Part shown: one piece after another, positions 21,649 through 31,294 of the stretch
Layout: the number at the start of each line of letters is the position of its first letter
Position numbering within the stretch: the first letter of the stretch is position 1
Assembly: GCA_019429005.1 (NCBI GenBank)
Contig: JAHYJR010000001.1
Location: forward strand, 223,048-287,047
DNA length: 64,000 nucleotides
Reading direction: 5' to 3'
Origin: Nanobdellati archaeon
GTDB taxonomy: Archaea > EX4484-52 > GLR71
Program-made: the position numbers and the translations under genes
Notes under the pieces: generated by a model
Databases searched by the model: none
What the model was told of the DNA's origin: nothing
The model's input: the letters and a program-made list of their open reading frames with translations, nothing else

Positions 21649-21685
21649 CGTTATAAAAAAATGTAAAATATCTTTAGTTGATTGT

Positions 21686-22534
21686 ATGAAACAAAACATT
21701 AATAATCATCTCAGTATAATGACAATTTTATTAAGAAAATGTAATTTATATTGTGATCATTGTTCTTCTAATTCTTCGTTTAAACGTGAAGGTTTTGTTA
21801 ATACTGATGATATTTTAAACATATTGGAAGCTTTTGCGCCATATGCCAAGAAAAAACAGCATCTTGTTAGTGGAGGGGAACCAACATTACATCCAGATTT
21901 ACATTATGTATTATCTGCTTCAAACGATTTGGGTTATAAGACATCAGTTGTGACTAATGCGTCTTGGATTGATCTTGATGATATGGGTAAGACTGAAAGA
22001 TTTTTTTATGACACTTTTCCTGAAGATTTAAAGATAACATCATCTTTTGATCTGGAGCATTTCAAGGAAGATCCAATGCTTCTCCAAAGATTATCTGTTT
22101 TACATGATTTAACACATAATCGCAATAAAATTACTATTGATGGTGCATATAATGGCGTTAACGGTATAAAGAAAATACAGTCTTATTTAGACGAAACTAC
22201 ATTTGATTATATGTTGATTCCTATGCAGAGTATGGGGCGGGCAACAAATTTAGTAAATCAGAATATTTTAGATAATAATAAATTATCTTGTCCTAAAGGT
22301 GATAAGAAAGGGTTTGTTATCACTGATGATGGTGTATATTATTGCTTAAGGACTGCTCTTACTTCAAATCCTTGTTTTAAACTTTCAGATAGTTATGATG
22401 TGGAAGAAATATTACATGCTTTGGATTGTTTCAATTCATCTTCAATAAACAGTTCAATCGTATCATTATATGATAATTTATCGCCTCAAGAGATTATTGA
22501 TAATTATCATTATCCTTGTGATTTATGCGAATAG
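21686..22534 (+). CDS. Radical SAM protein with Cys-containing C-terminus
   Basis: CNLYCDHC, SGGEPTLHP, VTNA, GRA, distal C..C..CDLC. ATG at 21686 taken as the start. Confidence 0.88.
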   Translation: MKQNINNHLSIMTILLRKCNLYCDHCSSNSSFKREGFVNTDDILNILEAFAPYAKKKQHLVSGGEPTLHPDLHYVLSASNDLGYKTSVVTNASWIDLDDMGKTERFFYDTFPEDLKITSSFDLEHFKEDPMLLQRLSVLHDLTHNRNKITIDGAYNGVNGIKKIQSYLDETTFDYMLIPMQSMGRATNLVNQNILDNNKLSCPKGDKKGFVITDDGVYYCLRTALTSNPCFKLSDSYDVEEILHALDCFNSSSINSSIVSLYDNLSPQEIIDNYHYPCDLCE

Positions 22535-22652
22535 GATTAACTAACTAAATTTTATAGCCATACCCTGTTATTTTTTAAATAATTTTTATATTATAACTGT
22601 GAGTGTCCCTATCTAGACAATCTATATATTTATGTAACCATAAACGGTTATT

Positions 22653-22822
22653 ATGTTTAAAAAATAATACCAAAATAGTTTAAGTTTATTTTTGATTGTT
22701 GCTTTTATCATAGGTATGTTATAATAAAAAACCTAAATTATTCTGTTTCCTTGTTTATGATAATCTTTTTTACATTGGTAGGTCTCATTTTTGCTTTAAA
22801 TTCAAAGAACTTAACCCAATAA
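22653..22822 (+). pseudogene. Decayed tandem paralog of the 22889-23086 membrane protein
   Basis: MFKK*YQNSLSLFLI...IIG/Y.IIKNLNYSVSLF...LNSK aligns with MLKKQSQIGLSLFLI...IIGY.LLKNLNSSVSLF...LNSK; one stop and one frameshift. Confidence 0.75.
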
Positions 22823-22888
22823 AATATAGGTCTTTTTTAGACTCTATCCAAATAGTCTATCTCTCTCTATTTAGCACTAAATAATATT

Positions 22889-23086
22889 ATGCTCAAAAAA
22901 CAATCTCAAATCGGTTTAAGTCTATTTTTAATAGGTATCGGTGCGTTGATTATTGGTTATGATCTACTAAAAAACCTAAATAGTTCTGTTTCTTTGTTTA
23001 TAGCATCAATCTTTGTATTAATCGGTATCGCTTTATTCTTAAATTCTAAAAAACCGTTAAGGCTTCAAACAAAAATCAAGGTTTGA
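22889..23086 (+). CDS. Small two-TM membrane protein
   Basis: 65 aa with two hydrophobic helices; a diverged paralog lies upstream. Confidence 0.7.
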   Translation: MLKKQSQIGLSLFLIGIGALIIGYDLLKNLNSSVSLFIASIFVLIGIALFLNSKKPLRLQTKIKV

Positions 23087-23639
23087 TCCTTTCAATCCTA
23101 TAATATGTTGCATCGCCTTCTTCATCAACAACAGCAAGAAGTGCTCTTGCACGTATGTTTTGGCTAAGTCTAACATATCGAGACCATTCTTGATATGAAC
23201 TTGTATAGTTCTCAGGTACTGCATGGACATTAAATTTTGTATGTTCTTTAAGGTCTTTTGAACCGCCTTTATACGGATTAACACCTCTATCATAAACTCT
23301 AAAATGTGTTCCAAATTTAAATCCCGATTTAACTATATAACCACGATTTCTAAGGTCTCTATAGACAATATATTTATGTGCAAACTCTTTGTCTATTTTA
23401 CATGCAATCGAATAAAATGTCTTTATATCAATTTCTTTTTTAGCTTTCATTAAGACCATATGTTCTCTTTCAAGAAGAATCATGGTCTCTTCGAGACTAA
23501 GAAGGAGGTATTTTATTTTTTCTTCTTCAATAATTTTACCGAAATATTTTTCCTGGAATATAGGATTCCATTCTTTTTCATTCCATATAACTACTTTGTT
23601 TTCAAGAAGTTCTGCAGTGACTATTGTGTTTTCAACCAT
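23076..23639 (-). CDS. endA: tRNA splicing endonuclease subunit
   Basis: LSLEE, Y.VYRDLRNRGYIVKSGFKFGTHFRVY...EH, AVVDEEGD.TYY, C-terminal RIKP. Confidence 0.93.
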   Translation of the reverse strand: MVENTIVTAELLENKVVIWNEKEWNPIFQEKYFGKIIEEEKIKYLLLSLEETMILLEREHMVLMKAKKEIDIKTFYSIACKIDKEFAHKYIVYRDLRNRGYIVKSGFKFGTHFRVYDRGVNPYKGGSKDLKEHTKFNVHAVPENYTSSYQEWSRYVRLSQNIRARALLAVVDEEGDATYYRIERIKP

Positions 23640-23670
23640 TTAAACCACTTGCGTTTTATATTTTTAGATA

Positions 23671-23744
23671 TGGGGCCAGCGTGATTTGAACACGCGACAC
23701 CTAGATCTTCAGTCTAGTGCTCTCCCAGGCTGAGCTATGACCCC
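23671..23744 (-). tRNA. tRNA-Phe(GAA)
   Basis: GGGGTCA...CTAGA CT GAA GA TCTAG...GTTCAAATC...TGGCCCC-A. Confidence 0.95.
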
Positions 23745-23753
23745 ATATGAATA

Positions 23754-23829
23754 TGGCGCCCCGGGCAGGACTCGAACCTACGACCTCGTGATTAACAGTC
23801 ACGCGCTCTACCTACTAAGCTACCGAGGC
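23754..23829 (-). tRNA. tRNA-Asn(GTT), CCA encoded
   Basis: GCCTCGG...CGTGA CT GTT AA TCACG...GTTCGAGTC...CCGGGGC-G-CCA. Confidence 0.96.
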
Positions 23830-23886
23830 ATAAAGCATTATTTCTAGGCATATTTTTATAAACCTATCTAGATAATGCATTTAATT

Positions 23887-24975
23887 TTACTCTATAAAAT
23901 CTTGTGCTGCTATTTTTTTTGGAAGGTATTCGTTTGCTACAAAATCAAGACTTTTGCTTGCAAGAGCTTGCTGTTCTATTCTGACACCTTTTTCAATCAT
24001 AGTTGTAATTTCTTTTGTCCATTCTTTTGTTTTGAACCATTCATACTTCAAAAGTTGTTTTGCACGTGTTTTATCTACATCTTTGAGTTTTTCTGTAACT
24101 TTTTGTAAACCGTATGTTTCAATATCTGCCATAGTCATACCAATGAATTTTGCAGATGGTGTTGCAAGTCTTCTTGATTCGTATGCAAGATTAACAGAGC
24201 CTGTCTTTACAACAGAATGGATATAATATCCCCAAGGATCACCATCTGTATATGTATATACTGGCAGTTTAAGTCTCTCATGCATTATATGTATAAGTCG
24301 TCTTGCACCTCTTGCAGCCTGACCTCCAAGACCTATTAAAATTGCATGATTTTTAATATGGAATTTTTCTTCAACAAGTCTATCTACCATAGCTTTTGTT
24401 TCAACTACAAGTATGTATTTTGCATTACAACTTACAAATTCATAATCATCTACAATAGATGGTATTGAAAGACCCGATTTACCAAGTTTTGAACAATCAA
24501 TTAAGTCACCCATATCTTTTATGACAATCTCACCAAAAAGGTTTCCTTTACTGTCTGCTTTAAGATGTAGGTGTTCTCTTAATGAATCAAGCATAGTCTC
24601 AAGATCTTCTATCAAAGGATCTGATTCAGTCTGACCTTCAAAAGTATTTTCTTTTGTACCTGGAATAGTATGTTTTAATTCATAATAAAGTTCTCTGATA
24701 CTTGCTGATTTACCCATTTCAAGAAGTTCTTTACATTTTTCAGCAATCATCATGCTTTGCATAAATTTTCTTGTATGTGCAATATTTAGAAAATTACGTG
24801 ATGTTCTTTTATCTCCAAGGAATAAGTAACCCAATTTACTATCAAAATGTACATTTGAAAATGATCTTAAAGGGAGTGTAATTGAAGGGTCTATTGTTGC
24901 TTCTATATCTTTTACTAGCCTTTCAGCATTCTGTTTTATTTTTGCAATTATTTCTTTATCAGTATCAAGTTCCAT
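23887..24975 (-). CDS. top6A: DNA topoisomerase VI subunit A
   Basis: SIRELYY (catalytic Tyr region), Q.ESD..IEDLE, VET, DGDPWG, EQQAL. Confidence 0.96.
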   Translation of the reverse strand: MELDTDKEIIAKIKQNAERLVKDIEATIDPSITLPLRSFSNVHFDSKLGYLFLGDKRTSRNFLNIAHTRKFMQSMMIAEKCKELLEMGKSASIRELYYELKHTIPGTKENTFEGQTESDPLIEDLETMLDSLREHLHLKADSKGNLFGEIVIKDMGDLIDCSKLGKSGLSIPSIVDDYEFVSCNAKYILVVETKAMVDRLVEEKFHIKNHAILIGLGGQAARGARRLIHIMHERLKLPVYTYTDGDPWGYYIHSVVKTGSVNLAYESRRLATPSAKFIGMTMADIETYGLQKVTEKLKDVDKTRAKQLLKYEWFKTKEWTKEITTMIEKGVRIEQQALASKSLDFVANEYLPKKIAAQDFIE

Positions 24976-24989
24976 ATCATATCACCCTT

Positions 24990-26759
24990 TTATATTTCAT
25001 CATCATCATCTTCTGGTTTGTCTCCAAATGTATCTTTTGGACTAGTTTCTTCATCTTCATCATTAAACAGTTCTATTCCTTTACCTTTCATACTCACTGT
25101 TGTATCTCCAATTTTTTCAACTATAAGTTTTTGAAGATTTTTATTTATTGTTTCAGCGTCATGCCCTGTAATACCACTAAGTACTTCAGCAAGTTCTGCA
25201 GCATAGGTTTCGAAAGTTTTCTTTCGTGATTCGGCAAGTCCGACTTTCTTCTTTTTTGATACATATTGAGATAGTTTTCTTGCAGCCTCTTGTAAAGCTA
25301 GTTTAAGTTCTTTTAATATAGGAGGGTATGATGCGATAGCTTCTTTACCTTCGGATGTATAAGGTACCCATACTGATGCAAGATGAACTGAGATTATCAA
25401 AGGTCCTGTTGGTATAGAACCAGAGCTTTGTGATAAACTATATCTTTTCCATTCCATCTGTATTATTGATTTTGTTATAGCACAAGCAGATTGTTCATAA
25501 AGTAGGGGCATTTTATTTGCATATCTTATGATTTTTGCATTACCTTCTTTTTCTATATCACCACCGAAACCCATTGCAACTTCAACAAGGAACGGATGGC
25601 CTTTATAAACCATAGGTGGTCTGCTAACAACTGCAAGAAATTCAGGATGTAATTCTTTTTTAAGCCCTTCTTTCATTGAACTTTCACCAATAGGTGATAA
25701 GCAATCTGTTGGCGGTTTTTGTAATTTTGAGAGTGCAATTTGATCAAGTATACTTTCAGCTTCATCACGAGTTACTGTTCTTGGACTGACTTTCGGGTCA
25801 ACTCCTGCATCCGTACATATCTGTACTGCAGTTCCACGACCAATTCTTGAAAAATCTGTTGTAAGGAATCCTGTAAGATTTCGCGATTTTGTCATTTTAA
25901 GCATTCTTATGAAAAGACCAAGTTCAATACCTTTTGGATGTGGTTTAATGTCTTTTGCAAGTGGTGGAAGCGTTTCAACAACTCTTTGATATTCATGTTG
26001 TTTACCTGTTGGATCAATAAATACGATTTTTGCATAGGGATTTATTATTGCGCTCTGTTTTATGTATTCTTCAATACCTTGTTTTCCTTTTGTGTATTTT
26101 CCTTTAACATCTAATTCAATTCTTACTCCATGACCGTCACCCATAAGTACATTTTCAGATAAAATATCAGGTTCATTTCGTGTGGTATCTATATGAATTT
26201 CATACACGTTTATTTTTCCATCATTTATCCGTGAATAGACTTTTGTTGGTTTTCCTGTTGTAAGCTGTGCATATAAAACAGATGCAGATATACCAATACC
26301 CTGTTGCCCTCTTGATTGTTTAAGGTTAAATTTACCTCCATACAGAAGTTTTCCAAAAACCTTACCAACATTAGCTTTTACAATACCTGGACCATTGTCT
26401 TCAATAATAATCTTAAACTTATTTGCGCCAAGATCCTTTAATTCAACATATATGTTAGGTAATATTCTCGCATCTTCACATGCATCAAGTGAATTATCAA
26501 CTGCTTCTCTAACACAGGTTAAAAGTGATTTTTGAAGGTTTTCAAAACCAAGAAGATGTTTATTTCTCTCAAAGAATTCTGCAATTGATATTTCTCTATG
26601 TTGTTTTGCAAGTTTATCTGCTATGGTTGTTCCAATTGTTGGTTCTATATCATCGTCATCATCATCAAATTGGTTTGTTAAATCAGTTACATCTTCTGTT
26701 TCTGTATTCAATTCACTTTCATTATCTACCATTTCTTCTTCGTTTTCATCTTCAGACAT
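24990..26759 (-). CDS. top6B: DNA topoisomerase VI subunit B
   Basis: ISIAEFFERN, EAVDNSLDA, DNGPGI, QSRGQQGIG, PHPKG, RYANK.PL, YTSEGKEAI. Confidence 0.96.
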   Translation of the reverse strand: MSEDENEEEMVDNESELNTETEDVTDLTNQFDDDDDDIEPTIGTTIADKLAKQHREISIAEFFERNKHLLGFENLQKSLLTCVREAVDNSLDACEDARILPNIYVELKDLGANKFKIIIEDNGPGIVKANVGKVFGKLLYGGKFNLKQSRGQQGIGISASVLYAQLTTGKPTKVYSRINDGKINVYEIHIDTTRNEPDILSENVLMGDGHGVRIELDVKGKYTKGKQGIEEYIKQSAIINPYAKIVFIDPTGKQHEYQRVVETLPPLAKDIKPHPKGIELGLFIRMLKMTKSRNLTGFLTTDFSRIGRGTAVQICTDAGVDPKVSPRTVTRDEAESILDQIALSKLQKPPTDCLSPIGESSMKEGLKKELHPEFLAVVSRPPMVYKGHPFLVEVAMGFGGDIEKEGNAKIIRYANKMPLLYEQSACAITKSIIQMEWKRYSLSQSSGSIPTGPLIISVHLASVWVPYTSEGKEAIASYPPILKELKLALQEAARKLSQYVSKKKKVGLAESRKKTFETYAAELAEVLSGITGHDAETINKNLQKLIVEKIGDTTVSMKGKGIELFNDEDEETSPKDTFGDKPEDDDDEI

Positions 26760-27295
26760 TAAAATTCACCTTCAGTATTTTTGATATTTTCAAGATATTT
26801 ATAAACATTTTTAATCTCTTTATGATTTAATATCATTTCAATAGCATGTTTTGCTTTTGCAACTTCATCTATATGTCCAAGTACAGAAATCGTTTTTCCA
26901 TATACTGCGATTTTTGCACCTGTAAATCGTTCAATATTTTTTTTAACTTTACCACCCGTTCCGATAAGTCTAGCTTTAACACGCGATAATGTATTTTTGT
27001 TTTTTCCAAGCATTGATTCAATAGATATAACGAGGAGATCTGTATCATCTTTTGAAAGTCTTTTTATTTCACTCAAATTAAAGCCCCGTGTGATTGCTAA
27101 AACGCCTTTTTTTGCTTTCCATACATTAAAACCGTCTTCACTACTAATTGTAACTATACCTGTTTCTTCAATATGTATTTTACACATGAATTCTTTTTCA
27201 ATCTCAATTTTTGTATGGCCTTTATCACCTATAAGTATACCAATTCTTGATGGTGATATTCGGACTGTATCTATAATCATTTTATACTTCTCCAT
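26759..27295 (-). CDS. KH-domain pre-rRNA processing protein (aDim2/Pno1-like)
   Basis: RIGILIG.KG, RGF, R.KARLIGTGG, YGKTISVLG. Confidence 0.9.
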   Translation of the reverse strand: MEKYKMIIDTVRISPSRIGILIGDKGHTKIEIEKEFMCKIHIEETGIVTISSEDGFNVWKAKKGVLAITRGFNLSEIKRLSKDDTDLLVISIESMLGKNKNTLSRVKARLIGTGGKVKKNIERFTGAKIAVYGKTISVLGHIDEVAKAKHAIEMILNHKEIKNVYKYLENIKNTEGEF

Positions 27296-27397
27296 ATTTA
27301 TTTATAACCTTTTATTTGTTCAATATAAAAATCTTTGTATCTTACTTTAAATTTTTGGTTACTAAAAAAATAAAAGCCTATCTATATAAGATTTATT

Positions 27398-28498
27398 ATG
27401 GTTACTGGAAATTTATTAAATTGTATTACTGATGCATGTGTTTTTATAGAAAAATTATCATCAAAAAAGATTTGTATTGTTTATCATGATGATTGTGATG
27501 GTGTATCTTCAGCAGCTCTTCTCGTTAAGTATCTCTCAAAAGATAATGATATTGAAACAGTTTCTGTACGAAATGCTCCATCTATAACTGAAGATCTTAT
27601 GTCAATTATATTAAGTAAAAAACCCGATGTTGTTATTATTGCAGATTTTGCTGGAGGTATTGATATTTCAGCAAAAACATTTAGTGAAAATGGAATATTT
27701 ACTCTTGTGTTAGATCATCATGTTCCAGGAATTTATTTATTTCACGAAGATGTTATTTATTCAAATCCTCGCCTTGAAAATTTATCAATGCCAGCATCTT
27801 CATACATTTACGAGATTTTATCTAATATAATTAATATGGATGAGTATCTTTGGATTGCTGCAGCTGGAACTATAGCTGATTTCGGTGCATCGGAAAGACC
27901 TGATCTTGTAAAGGCTTGTATAAAACGTTACCCTGATCTTTTTGAATACGATGGTCTTGATAATTCAAAGTTATTTGATACCTCTTTTGGTTTAATTCCA
28001 AATAGTGTGAGTTATGCAACTGTGTGGGGTGGATATAAGGGTGCCGAATTTGCTCTTAAATGCATGCTTTCATGTAATACGCCTTATGAATTTATTTCAA
28101 AAAAAAATGATGATCTTAAAAAATTATTTGAGAATTATACTGATGTTGAGTCCGAGATTCTAAAGAATGTTGATTTGTTTCGGAAACAACATAAGACTCA
28201 AGGTAAAGTCAAATACATGGTTATTGAATCAGGATATCAAATAAAATCGATAATTTCAACAATTGTTTCTCCTAAAGAAACTGCTTATGTCTTTATAGTT
28301 ATACAGGAAAAAGGTAACGAAATGTCTATGTCTTTAAGAAATCAATCTGGTGATTATAATCTTAATAACATAATACAGCTTGCGTCAAAAGATATTGATG
28401 CACATGGTGGTGGGCATCCAAAAGCATCTGGGGCTGTTGTTTCAAAGAAAGATTATGGTACTTTTTTAGAAAATCTGTTGAATTTAATAAACGGTTAA
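27398..28498 (+). CDS. DHH-family phosphoesterase (RecJ-like, with DHHA1)
   Basis: HDDCDG, AD, LDHH, NP, GTIAD, SLR, GGGHPKASG. Confidence 0.92.
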   Translation: MVTGNLLNCITDACVFIEKLSSKKICIVYHDDCDGVSSAALLVKYLSKDNDIETVSVRNAPSITEDLMSIILSKKPDVVIIADFAGGIDISAKTFSENGIFTLVLDHHVPGIYLFHEDVIYSNPRLENLSMPASSYIYEILSNIINMDEYLWIAAAGTIADFGASERPDLVKACIKRYPDLFEYDGLDNSKLFDTSFGLIPNSVSYATVWGGYKGAEFALKCMLSCNTPYEFISKKNDDLKKLFENYTDVESEILKNVDLFRKQHKTQGKVKYMVIESGYQIKSIISTIVSPKETAYVFIVIQEKGNEMSMSLRNQSGDYNLNNIIQLASKDIDAHGGGHPKASGAVVSKKDYGTFLENLLNLING

Positions 28499-28508
28499 AA
28501 TTTATTAA

Positions 28509-29237
28509 TTAATCAGCTATGATAAATTCATACAAATCAGTTTCATTTGTTTCAACACCTAACGAATTAAAATATTTGACAATATTTTTTACATCTCGTT
28601 TAAGAAATGTTTTTACTTGTGGATGGTTTTTGAGTACTGATTGTCCCATGTCTATAAAGACTGGTTTTTCATCTCTTACAAGTATATTGTATTGACTTAA
28701 ATCTGCATGAACTAGATCAGCATCTTTAAAGAGTATTCTCATCATTTCTTTTACTTCATTAAAAAATACAGTAGGATCTTCAAGAATTGTTTTTGATAAT
28801 TGGTTTGCAATCTGTCCTCCATCTTCAATCATATCCATTATAAGAACATTATTACGTACACAGCGTGTTTTTGGAACACTTAGACCCACAGAATGTGCTT
28901 TTTCAAGATTTCGCATTTCTTTTTGACACCAAGTTTCTACAATTTTTCGTTTGGTTTTACCAATTTTTACAAATCTGTTATCGCCTTGTATATATTGCAT
29001 CATATTTGTAAAACTTGATGTAGCTATCATATAAATTTTAATTATAACTGTATTTCCATTCAAATCTTTTCCAAGAACGATTTTACTTTCTTTTCCCGAT
29101 TTAATTATGCCCATAACTTCATTTATACATTTTTTATCTATCATTTTACCTAAGGTATCTATCGTCAGTTTATCATAGATATATGATCTAATTTTTCGAT
29201 CTTTATCTGCACGTTTTTGTTCAGCCATATGTCTCAT
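28509..29237 (-). CDS. rio1: RIO1 atypical protein kinase
   Basis: SGKES, KIY, GD.RF, W..KE.RNL, LVHADLSQYNIL, IDMGQSV...HP. Confidence 0.95.
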   Translation of the reverse strand: MRHMAEQKRADKDRKIRSYIYDKLTIDTLGKMIDKKCINEVMGIIKSGKESKIVLGKDLNGNTVIIKIYMIATSSFTNMMQYIQGDNRFVKIGKTKRKIVETWCQKEMRNLEKAHSVGLSVPKTRCVRNNVLIMDMIEDGGQIANQLSKTILEDPTVFFNEVKEMMRILFKDADLVHADLSQYNILVRDEKPVFIDMGQSVLKNHPQVKTFLKRDVKNIVKYFNSLGVETNETDLYEFIIAD

Positions 29238-29269
29238 CTTGGCATTTTTAGAAAAAATATAGGCATTAT

Positions 29270-29638
29270 TTAATGCCCTTCGAGATTTTTAAGATATCCT
29301 TTTTCTTGGAGTTGCGGTACTTGATATTTTGTATATTTATATATTATATCTCCACGTTCATCACTTTGTACATCCCAAGGGACTACAATAACATAGGTTT
29401 CTTCTCTAAGCCACATTCTTTTTCGGTATTTTCCAGGGACTCTACAAATTCGAATTTTTTTATCACTACAAACAACTCTTAATTTACCAAAACCTAACCT
29501 TTGTTCTATGATTCCTAGTAATTCATTATTTCTCGGTGTTCTGACTCTTTGCGGTAAAGTAGGATCTACAGTTGTAATCTTTTTTTTATTCTTATTAATT
29601 GCAGGTTTGAATGTTTTTTTATATATTAAAATCACCAA
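29270..29638 (-). CDS. eif1a: Translation initiation factor aIF-1A
   Basis: RVRTP...LG....V.C.D...R.CR.PG......W.R....V.V.PW..Q...GDI...Y. Confidence 0.95.
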   Translation of the reverse strand: MVILIYKKTFKPAINKNKKKITTVDPTLPQRVRTPRNNELLGIIEQRLGFGKLRVVCSDKKIRICRVPGKYRKRMWLREETYVIVVPWDVQSDERGDIIYKYTKYQVPQLQEKGYLKNLEGH

Positions 29639-30337
29639 TTATTTTTTTTTATCTGTAATCGCTATTGTTGTCCGATGTACTTCTTTTCCGTCTATTTGAC
29701 CATATATTTTATATGAATCTTTAAGTACCATATCATATTTTTCATGAAGTTCTCGTGCAATCTTATTTGTAACTTTTTTTGATCCCATCTTGAAATCATA
29801 GCCATTAGGGATTTTTTCACAACTTAAAATAAATGAATTGCGTATTTTTTTACTATATTCAAGTGTTCTTTGTTCTATATATTCTTTAATTTCTTTGTTT
29901 TTATTAATCTTTCCTCTAAGTTGTATTGTTGCTTCAAAATATCCACTTTTAAGTCTTGTGCATTCTGGACAGAATGTTGTTATTATTGTCAATATTTTTT
30001 TTTTCTCATCAAAAAATCCGGATTTTTCACCAGTTATTGTTATGTAGATCTTAACTTTTCCAGTAACATATTGCATTTGTGAAAGGTCATAATCCATATT
30101 AATTTTTGTATCTTTTTCAGCTTTAATATTATCATTAAGGTATTTATCTATTGCTTTTTTTAATGAATCTTTGATAACCCATCTGTTTTTTTCAAAAAGT
30201 TTACCACAGTTACAGATTTCAAGTCTAAGCGGTTCATTTACAACAAACAATTTTTTATGTTCATTATAACATTCATAACATAATGAATCTATTAGTTTAT
30301 CAGTATCTTTACCACATTTAGGACAAAATTTTCTCAT
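29639..30337 (-). CDS. nmd3: NMD3-family protein
   Basis: FCPKCG, LC.EC, C.CG, CPEC...SGYFEA.IQLR. Confidence 0.9.
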   Translation of the reverse strand: MRKFCPKCGKDTDKLIDSLCYECYNEHKKLFVVNEPLRLEICNCGKLFEKNRWVIKDSLKKAIDKYLNDNIKAEKDTKINMDYDLSQMQYVTGKVKIYITITGEKSGFFDEKKKILTIITTFCPECTRLKSGYFEATIQLRGKINKNKEIKEYIEQRTLEYSKKIRNSFILSCEKIPNGYDFKMGSKKVTNKIARELHEKYDMVLKDSYKIYGQIDGKEVHRTTIAITDKKK

Positions 30338-30508
30338 ATAATTAATAATTTTGTTTATTTCTTTTTAATTTTTTCTATAAAAAAAAATAATATGTATAAA
30401 ATAATTATATTTTTAATTTAATATTTAATCTAATAATTATGTTGGTAATTTGAATTATTTCTATTAATTATCTGATCAATAGAATTATAACCTATTTTGG
30501 TTAAATTA

Positions 30509-30802
30509 TCAAATTTTAAAAATAATAATATGTTTATGTCCACAGGTTGTGTGTGCATCATTTTTATTGATTATTTTTATATTAGAAAGTGCATTAATTA
30601 TTTTGTTACCTGTAATATTTGCACTAAAACACGTTTCAATAGCCAAAAGAATCTCTTCAATTGTTGCAGATTCACCCAAATAAAAATGTTCATCTATTGA
30701 AAGAACTATATTATTTTCTTCAAAAACTAGACCAATAAGATCTTTATCACAAACAGCAATAATTGTTCCTTGATCAGTATTATAAGTCTTTAAGAAAAAC
30801 AT
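30509..30802 (-). CDS. DUF424-family protein
   Basis: IAVCD.DLIG...E...FY.G...N..G pattern; usual position next to aIF2-beta. Confidence 0.85.
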   Translation of the reverse strand: MFFLKTYNTDQGTIIAVCDKDLIGLVFEENNIVLSIDEHFYLGESATIEEILLAIETCFSANITGNKIINALSNIKIINKNDAHTTCGHKHIIIFKI

Positions 30803-30805
30803 AAC

Positions 30806-31237
30806 TTAACCAACCTTTGAGATTGGTCTTTTAGCACCACAGGCCATACATTTCATAAAAGTCTGTTTACCTTCTTTCATTATCTTTGTATCGGGTTTCT
30901 TACATTCATGACATAGAACAAAGTCAGTAACATATCTTTTGAATTTTGTGTTTACCATATTTCCAGTTAATTTACCTTTAAATATGATTTTTTGTCGTTC
31001 TATAGTTCCGGGACTTGCAAGTTCTTTTCCAAGATATTTTATAATGTCTTTAGGATCTCTATATATTATTTTTGAAACTTCTAAAAGATTTGATACTTCA
31101 GTTTTAGAACCAACAATAATTGTTTTTAATATTGGCATTTCGAATCGTTCTTTCGTATATGATTCTTCTGGAATCTGTTTTATACATTTTTCTAACAGTT
31201 TGTTGTAATCATATTTTTCGTTTAGATTCTTATCCAT
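30806..31237 (-). CDS. eif2b: Translation initiation factor aIF-2 beta
   Basis: RFE.P, R.P.....L.KEL...G, VLCHECKKPDT...KCMACGA. Confidence 0.95.
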   Translation of the reverse strand: MDKNLNEKYDYNKLLEKCIKQIPEESYTKERFEMPILKTIIVGSKTEVSNLLEVSKIIYRDPKDIIKYLGKELASPGTIERQKIIFKGKLTGNMVNTKFKRYVTDFVLCHECKKPDTKIMKEGKQTFMKCMACGAKRPISKVG

Positions 31238-31294
31238 AATAAAGCACCTTTAGTATATAATGTAAGTATATAATGTAGTATTGTAACTATAATT

